From contig CAIIXF020000001.1 of the NCBI GenBank assembly GCA_903813345.2, positions 40,796,001 through 40,860,000 on the forward strand: a DNA stretch of 64,000 nucleotides. The letters are read 5' to 3'. A program made the translations under genes and the position numbers. This DNA is from Owenia fusiformis. Lineage: Eukaryota. The notes under the pieces were generated by a model, which was not told the DNA's origin, did no database searches, and saw nothing but the letters and a program-made list of their open reading frames with translations. This document shows positions 13,996-27,300 of the stretch, piece after piece. How positions within the stretch are numbered: the stretch's first letter is position 1; each line of letters begins with the position of its first letter.

Positions 13996-15295
13996 CATTT
14001 ATTTACATACTTTATTAAAATGTTGAAAAACGCGCGAGTATGAGGACCGCAACTTTTTGTCTACACTGACAAAAACTTGAAATTCCCGCTGTAAATATAT
14101 AGTCCACGGCAATGTGCCGTCCCACTGGCACGGATTTCGGTAGTGCTCCGCGCATCGGTAGGCCTATCGTTGGGTTTCGGCACAATGCGCGTCGGTATAA
14201 TGAGGTGATCCCGAATAAAGGACATCTTGCTTCATCAAGCTTCGGACCTCTCCTCAGATAGAACGTAGTGATTGAGCACTGGAACCGACAATGAAAAAAG
14301 GAAACGGATGAGAAAAATAGTCACAATTTTCAAAAGTTGAGTGTTTCATGATTATGCTCATGTTTTGAAATTTTCAATTCTCATATATAATGTATTGTAT
14401 TTCGACATTCTTGCAATTTAAATCAGCAATAACTTACATATATATATTTGATAAGATATTTCAATTTTTATCAACTATTAAATAGGTTTGTTAAGAGAAG
14501 ATAAATACTGTACTTCTACTTGCTCTGATATGGCCACCTGACACCATAATCAAAAAATATAATCATTACACAAAACAAACTGATTAACCAATGAACTGAT
14601 TAATCCCCCTATTGAAGTACCTAAGATTGTTTGTGTCACATACAGGTAGGCATGTGTCTCATGTTATGAAATGGGATTTCAATGTTTCATAACTATCTTA
14701 AGGACAGTCGAGTTCATTGTTTGTGTGAATGTGCGAATGAATATTACCTCTGGTGTGTTCTATCTAGTCAGATTGGCTGATGAAACAACCTTTTTGGTGT
14801 TGTCAAATAGAGGAGTTTCTAAATGATTTTGAAATCTCGCTAATTCTCGTTTTTTCATGAGATTTTAAGAGATTTGCACATTTTATCTCTAATGACTTAC
14901 TTTTCTTTCTTTTTAATAGCATATTTGAATTCAGACGGTGATATGTTTCCTACAATAATAGCTTTGATTTACACATTTATGTCATTTATATCTCCATGAC
15001 ATTTAAAAAAGACTTGGGCCAAATCTCCATTGTCATGCTAAAATTCTTTAAAACCATGGTTTAATCGTATGACAACCAACATTTTCATGTTTAATCACAA
15101 TATGTTCATTGACAGGGTCATTTAATAGTATGCCATTCGTTTCAGACAGATTTAACTAACACTCTTTGATAAATCATGAAAATAAGTGACTATTGCCAAG
15201 CTTTTAGCATAGAACTCAATGGAAGGTTGGCCCAAGATGAACAAAGGTGACATCTATTATGTCAGCTTTATTTAGCTATTTAGAAACTATACTAT

Positions 15296-15375
15296 TGGTC
15301 GAGCGGTCTAGAGTACTGAACATGCTCAGCTAGGCACTGTTGCCATAACCATGAGGTTGTGAGTTTGGGACATAT
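15296..15375 (+). mobile_element. Decayed tRNA-like SINE head
   Basis: TGGTCGAGCGGTCTAGAG A-box region and degenerate B-box GGTTGTGAGTTTG. Confidence 0.4.
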
Positions 15376-16179
15376 GAGCTCCTTGCGTTTATTATTCATA
15401 AAGTGTCCTTCCATTTTTATTTTGATAGGATTTTGTAAAAAAACAAATTAATCTGGATTATAATGACTCATCTTTTAACTAGGCAACTACCTTGTTTGGG
15501 TTCTAAGATAAAAAGTGTCCAGTGAAACAATAATATGAAAATATTTGTTCACTTAATTTGTTTATCGGACAGGGCATCTCAATGTCAGTGTTATCTTAAA
15601 GGCTGGTCTCCAATCCCACCTATTTAAAGGCTCATCTCCAACCTTGCATATTTGAGTGGACTAATCAAAATAAATGATTGCAACTTCAACTTGTTTGGAG
15701 CTCAAGATTAAACACAAAGTCTAATGTAACCAGTTGAATAAGAATGATTTCAACAAAATTTATACATTGCATTGTTGGATCGGTATAAGGGTTATGTGGT
15801 AGGATTCCAACACTTGACTGGGAGTAGTAAAATTACAGTAATGTTCCATTGAGGTCTTGATCTTGAAAAACTATGGATTGATTACTGTAGTCCAAAATGA
15901 GAGAGATACAGGTTCAGCATTTAATGTGACTGGGAGTAAAAATGATCTAGCAAATGATTCAACTGTTTAAAAAACATCAATGTTGTTAATTCTGTGTAAT
16001 GGTTGTCTATGACAACCCTTATAAGCAGTAGCATAGTTAAGGTCTGATGCATGGTTCGAAATGTTCTCAGAATTAATTTAAATGTAATGATACAAGAAAA
16101 ACTGTTCATTCATTTGTACCTTTGCACTTTGCTTCATCAAAAAGTCAACAAAACATACAAATAATTTCGGTTTCATATT

Positions 16180-17230
16180 TTTATATTTCATTTTTCAATT
16201 TTTTTAATTCTCTACAGAATTCAATTCAATAGAATATTTTCTTTATCCAATAACACATATAACGTCAGACCTGCTGTTTATTTCAGTTATATAAAATTAT
16301 TTGATTCTGAGATAATTACAATGAATGACGTGTGTTACAATATAGAAAGAATATTACAATTCAATGACGTCACATAAATAACTACACTTCGCATTATTAG
16401 TTCATCTAGTCTCAATTTAGAATTTTCATAAACTAGAATCATAATGCAGTCAACAATTTTAACAAATAATATGGAGACATAAAAAATTTAGCTCAGTTTG
16501 AATTTCACACAGATTAAGTCGATGAATTTTACATACCTTAACATAATACTCTTAAAGATACTAAAATCAATGTAATGCTGTGATATCATTGAAATAAGGT
16601 TAACACAAATAAATTATTAAGTTAATAAATACAATAAAGTACATAAATGTAGTTTATAAATAAATAAATACAATGAGAAACTCATCTCGTTTGAACACAA
16701 TGTGTTGAACACAATGTGTTACATTCTTCACATATATGAGATTATTTGCACAATGTCTCTTGCAAGCATTCCCTATAATGATATTATATTAATATTGCTG
16801 GAACATTGCACTTTTACATCAACTGGTGATAACCAGTTTTAAATGTTATTATGTCAGTGAACTCTACCCCCATGTACTTTGTTCTTTCAAACTTTGGACT
16901 TAGTTTTTGTCGCATTCGCTGGTTTATGATTGATAAACCACTAAGTGATAGTTGGTGATACATTGAGCTTCATTATTCAGTGTCCTGAACTGACAGAGTA
17001 TTCTTCAACATGTACGCATATTGTTCATGAATATATTGTACATCATCTGGTCCCAAGGAACTCATATCGCTATGGTGACTGTAATACAGTTTCTATGGTG
17101 ACACAGATATCTTAGGTCATATTGCCGGTAGCGATGGCCTCATCTCCCTCCCGCTTTGATGCTATGGTGAGATCATATTGAATCTGGCACATCTCTTAAC
17201 AGTTGGACCTTGGTCTACAACAACGGGTTT
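16180..17230 (-). other. GADD45: GADD45 terminal 3' UTR exon with AU-rich elements
   Basis: Strong acceptor tttgtttttcttgtatttcCAG ending at 17231; overlapping ATTTA pentamers (ATTTATTTATTTA) at ~16620-16672; ATTAAA at ~16203-16208 followed by a GU-rich tract. The 3' end is approximate. Confidence 0.6.
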
Positions 17231-18253
17231 CTGGAAATACAAGAAAAACAAATATTTAATAACTTTTTCAATGGAATTAATAATCAAGATGTGTTTAATA
17301 ATAATGTCATAAAAAAAAAATATGAAACAAATTATGAAACCTGTTTTTAAAGAATTATTAAATAAATCTCTTGGAATAGTTCAGTGATTGATCAATAGGT
17401 GGCAACCAAATCAAAATCATGTGCAAACTATTTCTATACTTTAAGATATCTGGCCACAACCAGTTAGAATGTTGCGCCCACTTAAAGGAATGTCAAACAT
17501 TTCTGACTCATTGTGGAATAATGCCTTCACTAATATTTGATATTATATGGTACGTTTTACCAAAATGAGATTAAGTTGCTAACATGGAATTTCCACAAAC
17601 AGGAAGGTGGGCCAAGAACTGAACATACAATTGTTTCTATAATTTAAACTCATGTTTTGACTTGCTGAAATTTGATTCTCTGTTTATTTAACACCAAAGA
17701 CACCAGATCTCTTGAAGGTGAAATTCTAAAATCACATGGAGAGCCTAGTGATGAGAGTCACTAATTACACTTTCTTTGTCTATATAGCACTGAACGGCAC
17801 TTGTATTAAATTAATACATTATTTTCTAGGTCATTCCTATGATATGTGGCGTGGTCAACAATGTGACTAATACAATCAATTATCAATGATCAACTTAGGA
17901 TTTTCTTTGTGCAAAGGTCAGATAAATAGTTCTTTGTTTGATATAGACAGACATATGGTACATTTACATGGATTGAATTTTTGTGGTTTTTATGTGATAA
18001 GTATTTCCTGCTGTGTAGCGTGCTGTGGCTAGTACCCAAGTATCAATCAGAAATGTTTGCACAAATCTTTCCTTTAGTAAACCAAAAGGGACAAAGAAAT
18101 CAAATAATTTCCTCTTAACTAAAATAAATAAAAAACTAGGCAATTTCCTTGTTGACAATGCAATGCCACCATGAAGGAGACATATTGGAATTATATTTTG
18201 ATTATTAAACTGAACTTACCAATAGCTTGCTATGAGCTAGAGCCACCAGTTGT

Positions 18254-18352
18254 TCAGGGGAGGGCGATGATTGGGGAGGGGTTCATGTGACATGTTTTCT
18301 TGTAATATTCTGCCATATCTTCTTCAAACTCACTAGTTTCACTTGTTGGATA
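18254..18352 (-). CDS. GADD45: GADD45 exon 5, coding part (exon continues to a donor at 18220)
   Basis: YPTSETSEFEEDMAEYYKKTCHMNPSPIIALP-TGA; tttCAG acceptor; TTG|GTAAGT donor 34 nt after the stop. Confidence 0.9.
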   Translation of the reverse strand, partial: YPTSETSEFEEDMAEYYKKTCHMNPSPIIALP

Positions 18353-21300
18353 CTGAAAATATAAACGAATCATTTATTGCATTTTTTCTAAGCTTATTAG
18401 ACGTTATAACACATACTGACATTCTTAGTCTATGCCCTTGGATAAGGTTGCCTAAGGTGAAAATGTGTGCTGAAAAATGTGATCAGTGGCATTTAAGCTA
18501 GCTGGCTTACTAAACTATATTAATACAAACCGGTTAAATAAATATATACCAAACACTGATTACCAAACCAAACAGTATTTTTAATGCACTCTATGCACCA
18601 ATTTCTTGTTGTTTTGTTGATTTCTAAAGACTTTCAATAAAATTATTGTGTTGATTAGACGGAGGAATTGTGGCATTGTGCCCCGCTGAGAGTCAATATC
18701 CACAGGGTTTAGTAACCTCACATTAATAGTACATGAATATGTAAAGGCTAGAATGAACAAAAGGCAATACCCGGGCGAAGCCTTACTGAGCAGTCTCTTA
18801 GTATCAAGGATGCTTTCTAACACCGTACTGAGTTTGTAATTTGCATCACAGCTTCCAATAGGATTAAGTAAGTTAGCAGATATTTACAGTGAGAATATGG
18901 TGATATTTATGATGCAAGAACATTGAATCTTCTAGATCGTTCACCTTCATTACATCTTTTTATTTCGCTAGTATGCACAAAATTTAGAAAGCAGTTAGTT
19001 ACATATTCCTCTTATTTGAGAAAATCACTAGATTGGCAACTATCTTGAGGTACATCAAGGACCTCAGCTCTATATGAATTTAACCAGTTGTCATTATCAC
19101 ACTTTTCATAGGTCAATGACCTGTGTATCTATTGATTAGGAGTATGACCTAGTCATGACTAGGAAAATGACCCCAAATGTTATCGCAAATATTCCATACC
19201 AAGATATCAAGGAATACTTGAAAATAAATTATATTCATGTAATGAGTTTCTGATATGGAATGCCTTAGTTCTAAGGGCAAAGTATTCCCAGGTCATACAA
19301 CCCTTGGTCATTTTTTACATCGTAGTAAGCACCTCGTTGGAATCCCTGGCTTACTGCCAGGTCACCATCATGTGATCCCATCGTTGGAAATTCGGCAATC
19401 ATATCAATGCCAGAGTTGAATAACGCTGAACTGTTTACTCCTTTTAGAATATAACTGTTTATTTGTTTGTTAAAACACCCAATTGTGTACCAAAGTTCCT
19501 ATTACAGTAGTGCTTACTTCAAATATTTTTAGTGCGATGCCAAAGTTCAAAGTAATTATTGTTGTTATTCAAGGTTGATTTTAACCAATGGTAAATCAGG
19601 TTTCTCTAAAGGTATGTTTACACACTTCATGCGTTTACCCGGTCTACTTAGAAAAACAATGCCACTGATACACATGTTTGCAACTTAACAATAACACTAC
19701 AACAATATGTATATTTATATAAATAAATTAAACAATCCATCTGTCACCAGACTAAAAACACAACAAAATGCTTTGCTATTTTTTAATTTTATACATTCAC
19801 ACTTGATCATTTATATTAACTGTTTTAAACTCACCTCAACAAGGACACAGTTGAAATCTTCAGTACGAGTTGGACGTTCGTTATCATTTTTGGTTTTACC
19901 CAGTATTTTTGACAGTTTCTCAGCACTATCAACCTGCAAGAATAAGAAAACATAAAAACATTAAATATCGGGTTCAGTAAATCATAATACCAACATATGA
20001 TAAATTGCTTTATTGAACAGTCAGGTGTTTGGATTCAGCCAATAAAAAAACAGTTTTCTAATTTGAAAGTGATAGATCATATTAACTGATGATATATATT
20101 ATAGGCTTTCAATGGATAAGATCTTAATTCCAAGAGATTATGAGGATGAATGTTGTTGACAGCCTTTGCTAATGACCTTGTTAATAACATTGAAAACTTG
20201 TTTTTTCCACTTTTCTGTGAAACATCTCAATAACTGAGCAAAATGGAAAAGCAAAGGATGTATGGTTATTAGAACTCTTTTGTTTATGTTTAATCACTTC
20301 CTTGTTAATTATTTATAATTGTTTAAGTGAAGTTTCTGAGAAGAGAAGGTATTTCTCAAAGTATGGGGTGTGATACCTTTTGCAGAATGCTTGGAATGTT
20401 AGATACCTTGCTCTTGTGATCTACCTATCTATGACTAAATATGCCACTTGGCATTTTTGGGAGTTCAAAGTGCTGATGATTTTAAATATTACTAGTTAAT
20501 TATAATTAATATTGCTATTGCTCAATTTGTGAGTTGTATGAAGAAAATATATACAGTGTTATGAAATAGCCTAAAGAATTTAATCACTGGCCTCATTCAA
20601 CATGTTTATTATTAGTTTATAGTAACTGGATTGCAACACAGCACAATATTTACCAATTGCCAAGTTACAGGCCAGGGTATTCAATTATGCTACAAATGCA
20701 ATGCCAACATCTCATGTGTGATACTAGGGAAATTCAGTTAAATAAAAATTCCAGGAAGTTGTATTTCATCGAAATATTATCTATTAGTTAGGAAATCGAA
20801 TTAAATTTATCTATAACTACTTCCTCTTTCTTGTGCAGTTTTATACATGGTAAATTTCCAAGAAGTCAAACAGTTTCACATTGTGTTAAGTTAGCTATAC
20901 TTAACTATTTCAAATATGATTATATAAATACATATGCTTTGTAATATCTGGCTCAAGCTTATTTAATTGTGCACCAAAGTAGTTATTTGTCTCAGGAAAA
21001 CAAGTTCATCTGTCAACAAAAGTTTGTTTTCCTCAAACCCTGATATTGACATATGAGATTGAACTGAACTGCCGGTCTCTTAGAAATTATCCAACAACCT
21101 AAGGAAATAACAAAATATTATTGAAGATCAAAACGAAAGGATGCAATTCATTTAATCAAGTGTTTGTTCTAAAAATCTAAATTTGTTTTTGTAATCTTAA
21201 CTGAGCATATGGTTTAACACCAAAAGCACAACCTTGAATTCAAAATAAGGTCAGCTCAACTTATTATTTATTTATGATGTTACTTTTTATTTAGTCTTAT

Positions 21301-24300
21301 TAGACACGATGCATTGGTTCAATTATATTTTTATTTACATTTTATAGCCAATTTTTGTTTATTAGCAAACAAACTTGTTTAAAAAGCTTTGCTCGGTTAG
21401 AAATGTTTGGGTAAATTAGCATTCCTTATCCAAAAAGTATTTCAGTAATTAACTAACTAGTACACAAAAGGTCACAAAAGCATTCTTGTGAGATCTGGAT
21501 AACTGCCAAGTGAATATTAGATTGAAACAGATAACAGACAAAGTTCTAAAAGAATCTTTTGCATAATGTATTGATTTAATACCGCCTTACGCACATCAAC
21601 CTGCTCTACGCCATCAAAATAAAAAATATAATTATTGATTTTTCAGAATGCCAGTCAATGCACATACGATGTCAGTGACATTTTTATCTTGCCTTATCAC
21701 AATCATGCCCTGCAGAACTTTATTTATAATACTTATCAAAATACCCCAAGAACCCATGTGAAGTTATCCTAGACAGTATAATTAGTATTCACTGAAGGGG
21801 GCATTTCTATATATCCTACATTGCCTAGATATAATCCCTTTGTTCCTGACTTTAAATTAATACAATCAAAACATCTTACATCACTATAACTAAATACTTT
21901 AAACTCTCTATCCCCCCTAGGTGAATTCACCGTCATCCTGGTACAGTACACTGCTATATATTATCATTTGAGGATCAATAAACAATTTCCTTGCACACTC
22001 TTACACTGACTGACCCTGTAGAATTTAACTGTTGTATGGATTACTATAACACTCTAAATTGAACTTGAAATCCTGGTTGGACTTTTTATTTACAATGAGA
22101 CCAGTGAGTAAAACAAAATTGACCTTAAGGTATAATCATTCAGTGCATCAGATTCATCAACTGATTCACCCTCATAAGTAGTTCCTGGATATTTAATTAG
22201 CAACTTATACTGACTGACCCATCTAACTTTCTTCAAGTGTCATAGCTGACTGAATAATAAGGTAATTAAAGGTATCTATCTTATCTGTGGAAAAGACCCA
22301 GTTAATTCTTGTAGGCGGGAATCTAATCACGAATTCCCTGAAAAACATTTACTTTGCCAAGATCGGAGAAATAAACAGTGTATCTCTCTGGGTAAATATG
22401 ATTCACCAACTGCAGATCGAAGGGGTGTATAGCAGTATGTATATGAGTAGGTTTAATTCAGTAACCAAGTTCCACGAAATAACCTTCAAAGAACGCAATA
22501 ACCTTATAACGAGGCCTGCCTACACATCACGCTTCACTCGTTACCCACATTAGTTTTTAATATGCTGGCAATGTGACTTTATAGTATTCTATTATGATTT
22601 ATACTAGGTTTTACTGCAAGCAAAGTACAAAATATGAACTTTTTTTGAGTTCAGATTTCACGTTTTTTATGATCTTAAAACTATTGGTACTACCAATGAG
22701 GTCATCATGAATGTTAACTACGTATATCCTTTATCTTGAGATATGGATATATCACTTTGTGAAAAGATAATATAACTGGGTAGTTTACTGTTGTTTTACG
22801 TCATTATTGCTAGTAAAGATCACTTCAAAAGGCTTTCAGTGCTATTACAACAGGCAGTATTGCTTGCACTGGGATTAGTTTAAGTGGCACATCCCATCCC
22901 ATCCTAACATGTCACGTTAATATACAACTGCTGACGTACATTCATAAAAAATACAATAGAATTAATAACAAGTCGTGATAAATCATTCAGGTTTATTATC
23001 ACTGTACTGTATAGTGCTATTTAATACTAGCTTGAGTTTGAACTTCTAAATTACGATTTCACTTCCTATTGTCTTTACTAATCCTATTTGGTATAAACCC
23101 AAAGAGTGAACTAATTACTTTCTAGTGTACAGTCAACCCCTATTATTTAAGACCCCTAGATACACCACTGACCTCCTGGTGTTCTCAATATTAGTCCGAG
23201 CAGAACTTAATAATTATCCATTACAATAATTTCTATATTACATTCACCAAAAGCATGCCACATTAACATAAAGGTCCTGATAGTGATAAGGCTACTTATG
23301 AACATGTATGTTATGAAACACACACTGAGTAAATGAGGCAGATCTCATTATGTAGCAGCTGATCAAAAAGGAAACATCTGCCATTTAAAGGGCTACTTTT
23401 AAAGAAGTGTGACTGCAATTATCTTTGTTAAACTCTCTATAGGAATGCCTTTTGTTTGGTCCAGACACTTACACCTGGTGGTCCAGGCCTATTTGCATAG
23501 CAGACAACCCCAAAACTTGTGACCCTTTGTTGTCTCAAGACAGATGGCCTACTTGGATACCCTTATTCCTGAATGGCTAGGATAAGATATTAACCTTATA
23601 ATGACATATATATATCAGGGCACGAACACTGACCACCTGACCTCTTTGTCCAATCAATGACCTTAACAGAGTCCTTAACTGAGTTCTCGTTTTTCTTTGT
23701 TAACCTGATTGTATCCTGGTTTATCGCTCCATGCTTATACCAGGGCCAGCTGCACTTAAGTGCAATGCCAGCACTAGATTTCCTTTTTATTGATCTACTT
23801 AACACAGGTTTCATTCTCCACACTACTGAACCTGGCCCAGTAACATGTATTCATGACCTTAAACAAAGACCTCAATAAACCCTGGATATTGGATTGAACC
23901 CTTAACTCACCATTTTAGTTCTGCACATCTGCCAATTTTCAGCACACTAAACCAATTCTTAACCTGACCCCAAAATTCTACTTAAAGGACAAATAGATAT
24001 CTTAACAGTTTTAGATTAATATTTAACCATGATTTAAATTTCATAACCAACTCACATGTACCAGACATATATAGATATTATATGCCCTAGATTTCATAAG
24101 AAATCATATACGTAACTATTCTTATCAAAAAGGCTTAAAACCATATGGTCATAAAAACATTGAGTATTATCAGGTACATTCCATGAAAACATTAAATAAA
24201 CAATAACAAGAATGATCGTGATTAAGCGTGGGACTTAAAATGTTTTCTCTTTATGAGCCAATAAATGGAACAGAATAACATCGCCAAGTTCAACTTGTAG

Positions 24301-27300
24301 GCTGGTAATGACAAGATAATCATCGATAATCCAAGTGAAATAATAATCACGTTCAGCACGTTAAAATTTAATTGGAAACTTACCCTCATTAATCGAATGT
24401 CATTTTCCCAGCAGAATGCTTCTATGAGCGTAAAATGTATGTGCATTGTGACATCATCGTCGTCACTGCTTGATGGTAAAAGGCACATCATGATATTGTC
24501 TGGGTTTCTGTAACAAAGGAATACCATGATTAGACTAAATATTCCAGATGCAATATAAATGTTGCATTAATAAATTAATACTGCATATAAGTAGGCATGT
24601 GTGTTATATATTTGTGTTGGATTTAACATTCTGCTCTAGCAGTCTGCATTTAATTACCAAGATAATCTGTTGTGCAATCAGTAACAAGTTTCCAAACCCA
24701 TAAATAATACCAAACAGAAATAGAAAAATATGCAATGCTTACGTTTCCAAAACTTGAGCACATTCATACACTCCACAAGTTGTTCGCCCAGTCTCGTGAG
24801 CAGATTTTAGAGTTTCTTTCAGGGAAGCTCCAATGTCCATTGTGTCTCTAAAAAAATTAAAGGCCATTTTTAAATGTCTGCATGTAAATTTTGAACACCA
24901 TATGTATCAAGAAATATTCCCAAAACATCATTAAATTTCAGTTGAATAATCTTAAATACAAGAAAATAATCATAAAATTGATGCAGACAAAGAATATCCT
25001 GATATTCATCTTGTATAGGCTTGCCCCAGTTGGCCCACTCCCTTGAAACACAAAGACCTTTACCTGTTAATTTTTGTAAAATCCATATCAAAAACATTTT
25101 GCGATTCCGTGTCTATACATGGGGAACATGTAGAACATGCTGATCCCATAGAATCCATTGAGTTCATTCTCATAATGTTAAGTTTCCTATACATAATGTC
25201 GTAGTTATTCTTATTAATCCAAACACGTTGTATACTGTTCACTTGCTTTGTTAGTTCTGATCATACCAGCTGATCGCCGTGTACTTATATTGCCCTCACC
25301 ATGTGACTTCTTTGTGTGAGTGCTTTACTGATTAGCCTGCCATCTATCTGATTGCACTATATGGCACAGGAAAGTCAATATATTCAATCATGTTTGGCTT
25401 CACATATCATAGACACTCAAAGAAGCCAATTCAATAATATTTTGATTTCAAATAATTATGATTAATAATTGGCTTATTAAGACATGTAAGATATTATAAA
25501 CTATTTGATTAAACTCAGACAATGATTTTTAAGCTTTTCCACTTGAGCACTATTTATGATTAAGAAGTTCTTATTGTGACTATACATAATCACATGTCTG
25601 AGACTGTAGATGCCCTGAGTCAAACATTCAATCATTGCATAGACGTAAGATCAAACAAATGACAGTGCATTATACCCCTAATTAAAAATAACACAATCTT
25701 ATGATAAAACAACACAAGAGGCAACATTTGAGAACACAAACTAAAATCTTAAACCATATCAATATCAGGCCCATTGCACTGTAAGCCATACATCCTCCAC
25801 AAGGATTCAGTGAGTTGTTTCAGAACAATATCAAGTAAAAAAGCAAGATTTTAAATGAGTGATTAAATATCAGCACCCAGGCCCGTAGCCAGGATTTGCC
25901 AAAGGGGGGTTCAGTTTTCAAAAATTTCCAGGGGGGGTTCACATTTGACAACTTTGGCCAAAATATGGCTAAAATCACTTGAGAAGCAGGCCTGTCAACT
26001 GTCCCGCAATTTGCGTATTTGTCACGCATTTGCTGAAGAATTTGAAGTCACGCCAGTTATTTTTGCGTGACAGAAAATGTCACGCAAATACGCATTTTAC
26101 CTGGTAATTGTCAAGCAAAAATATTTCTGTAGAAAAATTTCTAAAAAAGATCGTCTACACAGCAAAAATACGAACGCCGGAAAAAAATGTACGCATTTCG
26201 TTCGGACTTTTCACGCGAATTACGAATATGTCACGCGAAAAATTTGAGGTGTTCAAAATTTGGCAAGATGTAATGAAATTTAAACCAAGGTGTTCAAAAT
26301 TTGGATCAAGGTGTTCAGATTTGGACCAAGGTGTCCACATTTTGAGGGGAGGTGTTCAACATTTCCAAGTCACTCATGTTAGGTGTTCCCAAGTTGACAG
26401 GCCTGGAGAAGTGCTCAAAATGGTGAAAAATTGCATGATTTTGAAAGAATTTTTGGACAGGGGAGGGCGGGGGGTTCGCCCAAACCCTGCGAATCCCTCC
26501 CTGGCACCAGTAATCCAGTATAAGCGTAATATGTAAGCAATTAGTCCAAGTATCTTTTGAATAATAGTCGAGAAAAAATAACAACAAACATCGATCCATC
26601 AAATCTTCAATATAACCTGAAGCCCAGTCTAGTAGTAATAACCATCAACTATTGAAAATGGTGAATCGGAAAACATGACTGATGTAAACTGCATGTATAC
26701 CTAATATGTTAAAAGATGATTAAGTCCTAGAATGTCATAAGTATGAAAATATCATGGAAACAGTCATGATTCTTTAGATTCCAGCAGTCGTTATGAAATA
26801 AACATTGGAATGAAATATAAATTATAATCTAGACTCAGACAGTGTGTACAAGACATGTCAAGGCAAAGCCAGTCACATAAAGTCACTCTCTTGAACTAGC
26901 TTTGTCATATCAGACAACACAGAAAAATATGTTTACAAAATCACTCTTCTTAAGTGACCAGGCCCGTAGCCAGGATTTGACAAGGGGGGTTCAGTTTTCA
27001 AAAATTTCCAGGGGGGGTTCACATTTGACAATTTTGGCCAAAATATGGCTAAAATCACTCGAGAAGTGCTCAAAATGGTGAAAAACTGCATGATTCTGAA
27101 ATAATTACCCCGGCTACGTCTGTAATTAAACATATCTTGTAAAATTATGCAAACAGCACATGAACAAATTTGCCAGAACCTCAGAGGTTCATCTGTGGAT
27201 TCTAGGGTATTTCCCCCTCTAAGCCTGCTTAGGAAATGAGAATATGAAATATCACAAATATCTGGTTTCACGAATAAATATATTTCACCTCGGGCAACCT

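Noticed and set aside
16970..17230. Serial stop-codon readthrough or A-to-I recoding (SP*...AI*...SP*) in the GADD45 last exon
   Set aside because: It would need three recoded stops after a frameshift; the recurring CCA-TAG is better explained by the repeated CTATGGTGA DNA motif.
25124..25142. GAACATGTAGAACATGCTG resembling the p53 element of mammalian GADD45A
   Set aside because: The half-sites overlap by one base and carry mismatches, and it lies in candidate coding sequence. A second candidate at 26851 lacks the core G.
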